A DNA stretch of 64,000 nt, from contig OY764080.1 of the NCBI GenBank assembly GCA_963667925.1, forward strand, positions 2,641,310-2,705,309, read 5' to 3'. Positions 33,995 to 42,210 of the stretch are shown piece after piece. A program made the translations under genes and the position numbers. The notes below the pieces were generated by a model. That model searched no databases. It was not told the DNA's origin and saw only the letters and a program-made list of their open reading frames with translations. Within the stretch, counting starts at the first letter, position 1. Each line of letters begins with the position of its first letter. The DNA is from Chloroflexota bacterium. GTDB taxonomy: Bacteria > Chloroflexota > UBA11872.

Positions 33995-34125
33995 GATGGG
34001 TGGTTTTGGGGTTGGGGGAGTATCGCGTGTTTGGGTTGGGTGGGGGTCGGGTGGGTTGGGTGGTGGGGGTTCGTGGTTCGACACGGGCCTGCGAAAGACT
34101 TCGGGGCGGCTCACCACGAACGGTA
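33995..34125. repeat. G-quadruplex-prone G-rich tract plus element A copy immediately upstream of the R-M gene start
   Basis: gggtggttttggggttggggg...gggttgggtgggggtcgggtgggttgggtggtggggg, then gtggttcgacacgggcctgcgaaagacttcggggcggctcaccacgaacgg. Confidence 0.65.
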
Positions 34126-34449
34126 TGCGATCCGACTTAGCGGCCAAGAACGAAAAAGGCACAAAGGTGACCTGATCGCGAGCCGTTCTGGTCAGGCTTC
34201 ACGCAGCGACCAGAGCACGGGCGGAAGTCGAGATTCCTCGGGGGACCTCGGCATGACAGAAGGGAGGCCTAGAGGCCGCCGAAGGATTGGACGCGGGATT
34301 TGAGGGTTAGGTAGAGGGTTTGGAGGGTGGGGGTGGGGACGCCGGATTGGTGGGCGCGGCGGAGGACGGCGCCGGCGGTGTAGTCGAGTTCGACGCGGCG
34401 CTGGTGGGCGAAGTCGACCTAGAGAGCGGTGGTGGCGGTGTGTTTGGCG

Positions 34450-34782
34450 TCATTCGGCGTACATCTCAGCGATGATGCGGCGCAGTTGGGATGCATTGTC
34501 GGCGGAGAGGCGATCGACGCGACGCCGAAGGCGCTGCTTGCTGATGGTGCGAATCTGGTCAACGGCGACCTCGGCGTCCTGTCCCGCGCAGCGCACCTGG
34601 AGGCGACCACGCCAGCGTGGGTGCAGGCTGGTGGTGAGCGGGCAGATGACTACGGTGTCGAGGAATCGGTTCATGGCATCGCGGCTGACGACCACGACCG
34701 GTCGGACCTTGCGAATCTCGCTACCGACGGTTGGGTTGAGATCGGCGATGTAGATGCCGTAGCGGCGGGGGAAGTCCGCCAT
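34450..34782 (-). CDS. mazF: MazF/PemK-family type II toxin endoribonuclease
   Basis: Start at MADFPRRYGIYIADLNPTVGSEIRKVRPVVVVS...VVICPLTT; overlaps the mazE stop. Confidence 0.8.
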   Translation of the reverse strand: MADFPRRYGIYIADLNPTVGSEIRKVRPVVVVSRDAMNRFLDTVVICPLTTSLHPRWRGRLQVRCAGQDAEVAVDQIRTISKQRLRRRVDRLSADNASQLRRIIAEMYAE

Positions 34783-35036
34783 TACTCCAGGCCGTCGGAC
34801 ATGGCGACGTCGAAATCGCTCCAATCCTCCGATTCGGCGGCCATGGCACGGGAGGTTTCCTCCCAGGACAGACGGTGCGCCTCTTTGCCGCGCAAGGCGA
34901 TGCCTTGTTCGAACTCCTCCAATATCAGCCGATCTCCCCAGCCGTACTTGTCCAACAGCTCCTTGGGGAGCCGGATGCCCCTGGAGTTGCCGATGGCGAT
35001 CAGCTTGACCTCTCTGGTGCGAGGCGACTGACTCAT
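34782..35036 (-). CDS. mazE: MazE/AbrB-fold antitoxin
   Basis: 84 aa. SpoVT/AbrB motif LIAIGNSRGIRLPKELL; acidic C-terminus. Confidence 0.8.
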   Translation of the reverse strand: MSQSPRTREVKLIAIGNSRGIRLPKELLDKYGWGDRLILEEFEQGIALRGKEAHRLSWEETSRAMAAESEDWSDFDVAMSDGLE

Positions 35037-35056
35037 TTCAAGCTCCTCGGCGTGCG

Positions 35057-35073
35057 CGCCCGTGGTGTAATTA
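35057..35073. promoter_or_regulatory. Palindromic operator candidate GTAATTA-TAG-TAATTAC upstream of mazE
   Basis: Perfect 7-bp arms in an AT-rich patch 21 bp upstream of the mazE start; consistent with MazE/MazEF autoregulation sites. Confidence 0.5.
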
Positions 35074-35199
35074 TAGTAATTACTACGACGTATCCACGTC
35101 TATGCCATCCTGGCTTCGCCTCGCTGGAAACCCTAACCGGGCCAGATTTTCCTTGATGGCGGCGTCCAGCCGGCGCGCTGCGGCTTGTTGGCGGCGCCA

Positions 35200-35400
35200 T
35201 TGGGTGGTGAGGCGGGTCCGGATGTGGGGGGCATGGCGCGTTTGGGTTGGCTGGGGGCGGTTGGAAACCGGGCCGTACGTGAGGGCGGTGGGAATGGCGG
35301 GGGCAGCACGACCGGAAGACGGGCGGGTCTCAGACCCGCCCCTACGTGAGACGGGAGCAGGGTTTGGGCGTTGACCGGGTGGGGGGGGCGTGACAGTATC
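35200..35400. repeat. G-rich tract plus element B copy upstream of ffs
   Basis: ...gggcggtgggaatggcgggggcagcacgaccggaagacgggcgggtctcagacccgcccctacgtgagacgggagcagggtttggg...gtgggggggg. The core hairpin gggcgggtct-c-agacccgccc is perfect. Confidence 0.65.
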
Positions 35401-35406
35401 GAAGTG

Positions 35407-35677
35407 AGGCCGTGCTAGGTGGGGAGCTAGCGGTGCCCTTGATCCGCAATCCGCTATAGCGGGCTGAATCCCCGCCCGAGGCCCGTCCGCAATGTGTCTG
35501 CCGCCGACGCTCGGTATTGAACGCCGGGCCTCGTGCGACGAAGGCCTTCCAACCCCGTCAGGTCCGAGAGGAAGCAGCGGTACGAAGCCCCCTTCGGGCG
35601 CCGCGAGTCCACCTGGCCGGAGCCGTAGCCCGACGGTAAGGCGTTGTTGGGCGGTTCGACGGCGGGTGCGCGGCCTC
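35407..35677 (+). ncRNA. ffs: Signal recognition particle RNA, long (Bacillus-type, with Alu domain) form
   Basis: 5' gaggccgtgctaggtggggagctagcggtgcccttgatccgcaatccgctatagcgggctgaatcccc closely parallels B. subtilis scRNA. Domain IV GTCAGGTCCGAGAGGAAGCAGC is at 35558-35578. The 3' gcgcggcctc pairs with the 5' end. Length ~271 nt. Ends approximate to +/-5 nt. Confidence 0.8.
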
Positions 35678-35686
35678 TATCTCTAT

Positions 35687-35704
35687 CATGACGCTGCCGT
35701 CATG
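35687..35704 (+). terminator. Hairpin catgacg-ctgc-cgtcatg between ffs and dnaX (possible ffs 3' processing or terminator stem)
   Basis: Perfect 7-bp stem directly after the SRP RNA; followed by GGGAGG RBS and GTG of dnaX. Confidence 0.45.
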
Positions 35705-35717
35705 CCGGGAGGATCCC

Positions 35718-37358
35718 GTGGCCGCGTCGCGTCCGCCGTCGTTTCAAGCTCTGTATAACCGCTACCGACCGCAGCGGTTTGACGCGCTGGTTGGCCAGGA
35801 GCACGTGGTGCGGACGCTGCAGAACGCGCTGGTGCATAACCGGCTGAGTCACGCGTACCTGTTTTCGGGCGAACGAGGCACGGGCAAGACGACGGCGGCG
35901 CGGTTGCTGGCGAAGGCGGTGAATTGCCTGGAAGGCATCCAGGCTGAGACTTGCGGCAGTTGCGATCACTGCCAGGCGGTTGCCAACGGCTCTTTTCTCG
36001 ACCTGATCGAGATGGACGCGGCCTCGCACCGGGGCATTGATGACATTCGCGAGATCCGGGAGCTGACGCAGTTTGCGCCGGGGGCGGGGCGTTACCGGGT
36101 GTACATCATCGACGAGGTCCATCAGCTCTCGGCGCCGGCGAAGGATGCGTTGCTGAAGACGCTGGAGGAGCCACCGCCGCAGACGCTGTTTGTGCTGGCG
36201 ACGACGGAGCCGCACCGGGTGCCGGCGACGATCCGGTCGCGGACGCAGCACCTGACGTTTCGTCGCATCGGCGTGCTGGAACTGACGGCGCAATTGCGGG
36301 AAATCGCCGAGACCGAGGGCGCCCAGATTGAGGAGGCCGCGTTGCACACGCTGGCTCGAAATGCGGGCGGCAGCGCCAGGGACGCCGTGAGCCTGCTGGA
36401 TCAAGCGCTGGCGTATAGCGATAACGCTGCTACATCTGAGGCCGTGAATTCGATGCTGGGGCTGACGGGGCGCGATGCGGTGATTCAACTGCTGGGGCAC
36501 CTGATGGACGGGGACGCGGCGGCCGGACTGCAGGCGATCGGTCAAGCCATCGAGGACGGGACCAGCCCGAATACGCTGCGGCAACAGATCATTGACATCT
36601 TGCGGGACATCCTGATTTTGAAGACCAGTCCGGAGACGACCGCCGTCGGGCACCTGACAGAGGATGAGGCGTTTGAGCTGTCGCGACGCACTGAGCGGTC
36701 GAGCCTGCGTGACATCGTGCGCACGCTGGAGGTGTTCGCGGAGCCGGACCCGCCGTCACGGACCGGCGTGGACGCGACGCTGGAACTGGAATTGGCGTTT
36801 GCGCGGGCGGTGCTGGCCATTACCGAGACTCTGGAGTCTCCGCCGACCGCGGCAGCGGCGCAGGGAACGCAGCCACCAGTCAGAGCGGCTGCGACAGCGA
36901 GTCAACCCGCCGCCGCGCCGGCCCCGGCGACCAAAGAGGCGGCTCGACCGCCCGAGCCGAAGCCGGTCAGCGTGGCAGCCGGCGAGATCTCCGCGGCCAC
37001 GATTGCGGCATGCAAGGACGAATGGGTAGCGGTGATCCGACAGGAGTCGCGCGAGATTGCGCCGTACGTTGGGGAAGCGGAAGTGCTCGACTATTCGGAC
37101 GGCACCGTGACCCTGGGATACCGAAGCCGCTTCCTGTTCGAACGCGTTCAGAAGCCCGATGCCCTGCGGCAGGTCGCACGGGCGCTGTCGCAGGTGCTGG
37201 GCAGTCCGGTTCAGATTCAGAACGAGCAGCGCGGCACAATGGCGCCAACCGCGCGCCCGACGACCAGACCGTCGACCGACGACGATCCAGTGGTACGCGT
37301 GGCGATGCGGGAGTACGGCGCCACACTCGTTTCCGACAACTCCGCAAAGGGAGGTTGA
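35718..37358 (+). CDS. dnaX: DNA polymerase III subunit gamma/tau
   Basis: GTG 35718 after GGGAGG. FQALYNRYRPQRFDALVGQEHV...GERGTGKTT (Walker A). The ORF-track ATG 35688 lies inside the ffs hairpin. Confidence 0.85.
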   Translation: MAASRPPSFQALYNRYRPQRFDALVGQEHVVRTLQNALVHNRLSHAYLFSGERGTGKTTAARLLAKAVNCLEGIQAETCGSCDHCQAVANGSFLDLIEMDAASHRGIDDIREIRELTQFAPGAGRYRVYIIDEVHQLSAPAKDALLKTLEEPPPQTLFVLATTEPHRVPATIRSRTQHLTFRRIGVLELTAQLREIAETEGAQIEEAALHTLARNAGGSARDAVSLLDQALAYSDNAATSEAVNSMLGLTGRDAVIQLLGHLMDGDAAAGLQAIGQAIEDGTSPNTLRQQIIDILRDILILKTSPETTAVGHLTEDEAFELSRRTERSSLRDIVRTLEVFAEPDPPSRTGVDATLELELAFARAVLAITETLESPPTAAAAQGTQPPVRAAATASQPAAAPAPATKEAARPPEPKPVSVAAGEISAATIAACKDEWVAVIRQESREIAPYVGEAEVLDYSDGTVTLGYRSRFLFERVQKPDALRQVARALSQVLGSPVQIQNEQRGTMAPTARPTTRPSTDDDPVVRVAMREYGATLVSDNSAKGG

Positions 37359-37361
37359 CGT

Positions 37362-37658
37362 ATGTCGATGAAGATGTTTCGACAGTTCCAGAAGCAGATG
37401 GAGAAGGTGCAGGAAGAGTTGAAGGCGATGACCGTTGAAGCGACGGCCGGCGGGGGCGCCGTCACGGTGGTCGCCACGGGGGATCAGCGCCTTGTCTCGA
37501 TTGATATCGACCGGGCGATCATTGATCCCGAAGACTCGGAGTTCCTGGAAGAGTTGATCCTGGTGGCCGTGAACGATGCCATGGAGCAGTCCCAGGAACT
37601 GGCCAAGAGCAAGCTGGGCGGGCTGACCGGCGGTCTGAAGATCCCGGGCCTGGGATAG
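37362..37658 (+). CDS. ybaB: YbaB/EbfC nucleoid-associated protein
   Basis: 98 aa. MSMKMFRQFQKQMEKVQEEL...; conserved dnaX-ybaB-recR order. Confidence 0.85.
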   Translation: MSMKMFRQFQKQMEKVQEELKAMTVEATAGGGAVTVVATGDQRLVSIDIDRAIIDPEDSEFLEELILVAVNDAMEQSQELAKSKLGGLTGGLKIPGLG

Positions 37659-37661
37659 CGC

Positions 37662-38264
37662 GTGGCGGACGCGCTGCCCCGCGCGGTGACGCGGCTGATC
37701 GAAGAGTTGTCGCGGCTGCCGACCGTGGGGCCGAAGACGGCGCAGCGGCTGGCCTTCTTTCTGCTGCGCGGGTCGGAGGGTCAGGCACGCACGCTGGGGA
37801 CGGCGATCGCGTCGCTGCATGACGGGATTCAGACCTGCGAGCGCTGTCGGAACTTCGCGGATGCGAACCCGTGCACGATTTGCCAAGACCCTTCCCGCAA
37901 TACCGCACTGATCTGCGTGGTTGAGGATCCGCTGGACCTGGTGGCGGTTGAGAATTCGGGCGGGTTCAACGGGCTGTACCACGTGCTGCACGGGGCGATT
38001 TCGCCGCTGGAGGGGATAGGGCCGGACGATTTGACCATCGATATGTTGGTCAGGCGGGCCGGGCGAGAGGGGATCGGCGAGATCGTGGTGGCAACGAATG
38101 CAACGATCGAGGGCGACGCGACGGCCATGGAGATCCGGCAGCGGTTGAACGACCTGGGCGTGCGCGTGACGCGGCTGGCGCGGGGACTCGCGACGGGCGG
38201 CGACATTGAGTACGTTGACGCGGCAACGATCGCGCAGGCGCTGGAGGGTCGTCGTGAACTCTGA
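37662..38264 (+). CDS. recR: Recombination protein RecR
   Basis: Helix-hairpin-helix LPTVGPKTAQRLAF; C4 zinc finger CERCRNF...CTIC; Toprim domain. Confidence 0.9.
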   Translation: MADALPRAVTRLIEELSRLPTVGPKTAQRLAFFLLRGSEGQARTLGTAIASLHDGIQTCERCRNFADANPCTICQDPSRNTALICVVEDPLDLVAVENSGGFNGLYHVLHGAISPLEGIGPDDLTIDMLVRRAGREGIGEIVVATNATIEGDATAMEIRQRLNDLGVRVTRLARGLATGGDIEYVDAATIAQALEGRREL

Positions 38265-38982
38265 ACCGACATCCCAAGCTGAAGCTTCCGCCGGCGGCGG
38301 ATCGACACGGCTCCGCTGGTTGGGTCACGCCACGTTTTTGGTTGCAAGTCCGGGCGGTGTGCAGCTGCTGCTGGATCCGTTCAACGTCGAACTCGGCTAC
38401 CCGGCGCCGGACTTGCCGCCAATCGACCTGGTTGGGATCAGCCACGAACATGCCGATCACAACAACGTGGCGTTGGCGCCGGGGGCTCCGAAGGTTGTGC
38501 GGGGGATTTCCGACAGCGGCTGGCATCCCGGCACGGTGTCAGTCGGCGACGTGACGCTGAGCATGATCGGCGGGGCGTATCACGACGAAGCGCAGGGTCA
38601 GCAGCGTGGACGCACGGCGTTCATGTCGGTTGAAGTCGACGGTCTACGGATTCTTCACCTTGGCGACCTGGGGCATCGGCTGGACACGAACCTGCTGGCC
38701 CAGTGCCGCGGGCACCAGGTGCTGTTGATTCCGGTTGGCGGCTTTTTCACGATCGACGGTGAGACCGCGGCGACGACGATGGACGAGATTGGACCGTCGA
38801 TCGCGATTCCGATGCACTACCGGACGTCGCGCTTACCGGGTCATCCCACGGCGCCGCTTGACGAGACGGGATTCCTGGTTGGCCGCGAGGTGCGGCGTCT
38901 CGCGGACAGCGAGATCGCGCTACGCGCCGCCGACCTCCCGGCAACACCTGAGGTCGTGGTGCCGGCTGTGCCGGGCGGCTAG
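38254..38982 (+). CDS. MBL-fold metallo-hydrolase
   Basis: GTG 38254 after GGAGGG. HEHADH metal motif; LRWLGHATFLV beta-lactamase fold N-terminus. Confidence 0.7.
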   Translation: MNSEPTSQAEASAGGGSTRLRWLGHATFLVASPGGVQLLLDPFNVELGYPAPDLPPIDLVGISHEHADHNNVALAPGAPKVVRGISDSGWHPGTVSVGDVTLSMIGGAYHDEAQGQQRGRTAFMSVEVDGLRILHLGDLGHRLDTNLLAQCRGHQVLLIPVGGFFTIDGETAATTMDEIGPSIAIPMHYRTSRLPGHPTAPLDETGFLVGREVRRLADSEIALRAADLPATPEVVVPAVPGG

Positions 38983-39533
38983 CTTCCCGGTCGACGCGGG
39001 GGCGGGCAGGTGACTTCGGCGTCACTCGTCAGGTCGTCGAAGTGGGCCTCGCGGACGTTGCCGACTTCGACGGAGGTGATTCTGGCCGACACGCGGACGG
39101 GTTCCTCGTCGAGGCAGCGAAGCGCCGACTCCCACCGCAGCGTGACGCCGGCTCGCAGGCGTTCGGGAACCCAGGTCAGCGTCTTGGTTTCGCGAGCACG
39201 GCCGCCGACTTCCCGGCCGCCCTCGTTGGTGATCTTGGCGCGGGTGGTTGGACTGTAGTCCCTGTCCGATCCGGCGTTTTCCGCGATCGTCAGGGAGGAT
39301 TCGACCAGGACGTCGGTTTGACCGAGGTTGGTCGCCAGCAGAATCACGTTGGTGCGGCTGGGGCCGACTTCCTCTGTCTGAATCTCGAATTTGAGCTCTG
39401 GGGCGGGCGCAGGTGTGGCGAGGGACTCGGCGGTCCCGTTGCAGTCAGCGGCTGCCAGCGCCATCGGCAGGATGAGCATGAGGGCCGCCACGGACGCCAA
39501 GCGCCGACGTACGGCAGAGATTCGCAGGTTCAT
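38979..39533 (-). CDS. Secreted/lipoprotein hypothetical
   Basis: Signal peptide LMLILPMALAAADC; no recognisable domain. Confidence 0.5.
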   Translation of the reverse strand: MNLRISAVRRRLASVAALMLILPMALAAADCNGTAESLATPAPAPELKFEIQTEEVGPSRTNVILLATNLGQTDVLVESSLTIAENAGSDRDYSPTTRAKITNEGGREVGGRARETKTLTWVPERLRAGVTLRWESALRCLDEEPVRVSARITSVEVGNVREAHFDDLTSDAEVTCPPPRRPGS

Positions 39534-39553
39534 GACGTAGAGCTTAGTGCAGA

Positions 39554-40747
39554 ATGCGACGGTGTAGAGGATTCGCTCGCCGCAGCGTCAGCGCAACAGG
39601 GACCCACAGCATCGAACGCCCGCTCACCATCACGCTGCTGTTCCTCCGGCTGGGGCTCACCGCATTCGGCGGCCCGGCGGCCCACATTGCCATGATGCGA
39701 CACGAGTTTGTGACGCGTCGCGCCTGGCTGACCGACCGCCGATTCCTGGATCTGTTGGGGGTGACGAATCTGATACCGGGCCCCAATTCCACGGAGATGG
39801 CGATCCACCTGGGCCGAGAGCGGGCCGGATGGAAAGGGCTGCTGGGCGCCGGGGTCGCGTTCATCGCTCCGGCCGCGGTGATGGTATCGGTGCTGGCGTG
39901 GATTTATGTCGAGTTCGGATCGACGCCGGCGGTGACCTGGGTGCTCTACGGCGTCAAGCCGGTGGTGATCGCGATTGTGGCGCAGGCCATCTGGGGACTG
40001 GGACGGGTGATCGTGCAGCGCTGGCAATCCGGACTCCTGGCGGGCGGGGTGATTGTGCTCGGCCTCCTGGGCGTGAATGAGCTGCTGCTGCTATTCGGCG
40101 GCGGGGCGGTGGGGGCCATTCTTCAACGCCCGCGATGGCTGACGGGTCACTTTACTGGGGTGCTGTTTGCGCCGCTCGCCAGCGTGGGGGCGGTCGCCGC
40201 CGCGCCTGCGTCGTTCAGCCTGCTGGGCATGGGCCTGCTCTTCCTGAAGATTGGCGCCGTTCTCTACGGCAGCGGGTATGTGCTGCTGGCCTTTCTGCGC
40301 GGCGACTTTGTGGAGCGCATGGGGTGGATCACGGAAACACAACTGCTGGATGCCGTGGCGATTGGGCAAGTCACGCCGGGGCCCGTGTTCACGACGGCAA
40401 CGTTTATTGGATTTCTGCTGGCCGGGGTGCCAGGCGCCGTGGTGGCGACCATCGCGATTTTCCTGCCCTCGTTCGTGTTCGTGGCAGCGGTGCACCCATT
40501 GGTGGAGCGACTGCGGTCCTCCAAGGTGACTGCACCGATTCTTGACGCGGTCAACGCGGCCGCCGTGGGCCTGATGACCGTGGTGCTGGTGTTGTTGGGA
40601 CGCTCGGCGCTGGTCGACGTACCGACAATTTTGGCGGCGCTGGTGGCACTGGCCGTTCTGATTTTCACCAAGGTCAACTCGCTTTGGCTGATACTCGCGG
40701 GCGCGGCCCTGGGAGCCGCTGTGCAGGGGCTGGGTTTCGCGGCGTAG
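39554..40747 (+). CDS. chrA: Chromate transporter ChrA (CHR family, two-domain)
   Basis: LGLTAFGGPAAHIAMM...LIPGPNSTEMA in the N-terminal half, with a repeated homologous C-terminal half (VTPGPVFTTATFIG). Confidence 0.8.
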   Translation: MRRCRGFARRSVSATGTHSIERPLTITLLFLRLGLTAFGGPAAHIAMMRHEFVTRRAWLTDRRFLDLLGVTNLIPGPNSTEMAIHLGRERAGWKGLLGAGVAFIAPAAVMVSVLAWIYVEFGSTPAVTWVLYGVKPVVIAIVAQAIWGLGRVIVQRWQSGLLAGGVIVLGLLGVNELLLLFGGGAVGAILQRPRWLTGHFTGVLFAPLASVGAVAAAPASFSLLGMGLLFLKIGAVLYGSGYVLLAFLRGDFVERMGWITETQLLDAVAIGQVTPGPVFTTATFIGFLLAGVPGAVVATIAIFLPSFVFVAAVHPLVERLRSSKVTAPILDAVNAAAVGLMTVVLVLLGRSALVDVPTILAALVALAVLIFTKVNSLWLILAGAALGAAVQGLGFAA

Positions 40748-40919
40748 CGCAGACGCGTGTTCGCGACGGCGGATGCCCAGGCCGGGACTTCAGGTTGTGA
40801 TGCGGCCACTTTGCGACGGCGAAACTAGGCGAGCCCTTCAGTTTCCGCGCATACTGTAACGAGCGTGGACGAGGCACCCGGGGTCGGCACCGGGCGCCCT
40901 ATCGGGCGGTGGAGACCCA

Positions 40920-42203
40920 GTGGCAAGCGCACCGTCCGAGACCGGATCGTCAGTCAGCCTCGAGCGTCCGGCCATCGTGATCCTGCTGGGCGTCTTGCTG
41001 GTCGCCGCCATGGTTACGACGTCGCCGATTGCCTATTGGCTGCTCTATGCGTTGGGCGGCCTGGTAACCCTCTCGTACGTCTGGACTCGCAACGCCGCCC
41101 GGTCATTGGCGCTGCGTCGACGACTTCGCGGGCATCAGATCACGGTTGGCGACGAAGTCCAGGAAGATTTCGAACTAGTCAATACAAGCCGCCTGCCGAT
41201 TCTGCTGGTGGAAGTGGATGACCATTCGGAATTGCCGGGGTACCAGGCGTCGGTCGCCGAGAGCCTGGGTCCTCGACAGCGAAAGCGCTGGATCTCACGC
41301 GGTGTGGCGGCGCGCCGCGGGCTCTACGGTCTCGGACCGACCGACCTGCGCGTTGGGGACCCGTTCGGGATCTTCTCCTCCGAGCGTCGAATCGACGTTC
41401 GCACCACGGTTGTGGTGTATCCCCCGATATCAATCATGGCGGATGTCGAAATCCCCGCCGGGTCGATGGTGGGAACGTCTCGTTCGTCAATCCGCACGCA
41501 CCAGGTCACCTCAGACGCGGGCGGCTTGCGGGAGTTTCAACCGGGCGATCCACTGAAGCGGATCCACTGGCTTTCCAGCGCCCGGCGCTCGCAGCTGCTG
41601 GTCAAGGAATTCGATCTGGAGCCGACGGCCAATCTCTGGATAGCTCTTGACCTGCATCGGGACGTACAGGCCGGCCACGGCGACGAGTCCACCGAGGAGT
41701 ACGGAGTCAAGATCGTGTCGTCGTTGGCCCACCAATTCGTGCGAGACAACAAAGCGGTCGGCTTTGTCGCACTGAGCCGCCAGGGACGGCACCTGATCGA
41801 GCCCCAGAAGGGGCTCAAACAGTTGTGGCGCATCCTGGAAACGCTGGCGGTCATACAGGCCACCGGCACGGCGCCCTTTCACGAGTTTCTTTCGGCCAGC
41901 GCGGCAGGGCTTGGCCGGGGCACGAGCCTGGTGGCAATCACCCCTTCCGCCGATGCGCGCTGGCTCACCAGCCTGACCCAACTCGGCCACCGCGCGGTTT
42001 ACCCACTGGCGGTGGCTATCGACGCATCGACGTTCGGGCCGAGCGAATCGAATGCCGGCCTGCGGCAGACGGCAGGCGCGGCGGGGATCGGATTTGTTGG
42101 CGTCGATCAGGGAATGCGCTTCGAACTGCTCAGGGCCGACGGGCAGAACTTCGCAGAGTTTGATCGCAGCCAGCGGCGCCCCGTCACGTTGGCGCCGGCG
42201 TGA
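40920..42203 (+). CDS. DUF58 domain protein (MoxR-associated family)
   Basis: N-terminal TM segments; conserved GDPLKRIHWLSSARRSQLLVKEF motif. Confidence 0.75.
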   Translation: MASAPSETGSSVSLERPAIVILLGVLLVAAMVTTSPIAYWLLYALGGLVTLSYVWTRNAARSLALRRRLRGHQITVGDEVQEDFELVNTSRLPILLVEVDDHSELPGYQASVAESLGPRQRKRWISRGVAARRGLYGLGPTDLRVGDPFGIFSSERRIDVRTTVVVYPPISIMADVEIPAGSMVGTSRSSIRTHQVTSDAGGLREFQPGDPLKRIHWLSSARRSQLLVKEFDLEPTANLWIALDLHRDVQAGHGDESTEEYGVKIVSSLAHQFVRDNKAVGFVALSRQGRHLIEPQKGLKQLWRILETLAVIQATGTAPFHEFLSASAAGLGRGTSLVAITPSADARWLTSLTQLGHRAVYPLAVAIDASTFGPSESNAGLRQTAGAAGIGFVGVDQGMRFELLRADGQNFAEFDRSQRRPVTLAPA

Positions 42204-42210
42204 GGATCCT

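Noticed and set aside
35492-35758. 88-aa ORF and the ATG 35688 start offered for dnaX
   Set aside because: They lie within the SRP RNA and its 3' hairpin. dnaX has GGGAGG-N5-GTG at 35718, giving the canonical FQALYNRYRPQ N-terminus.
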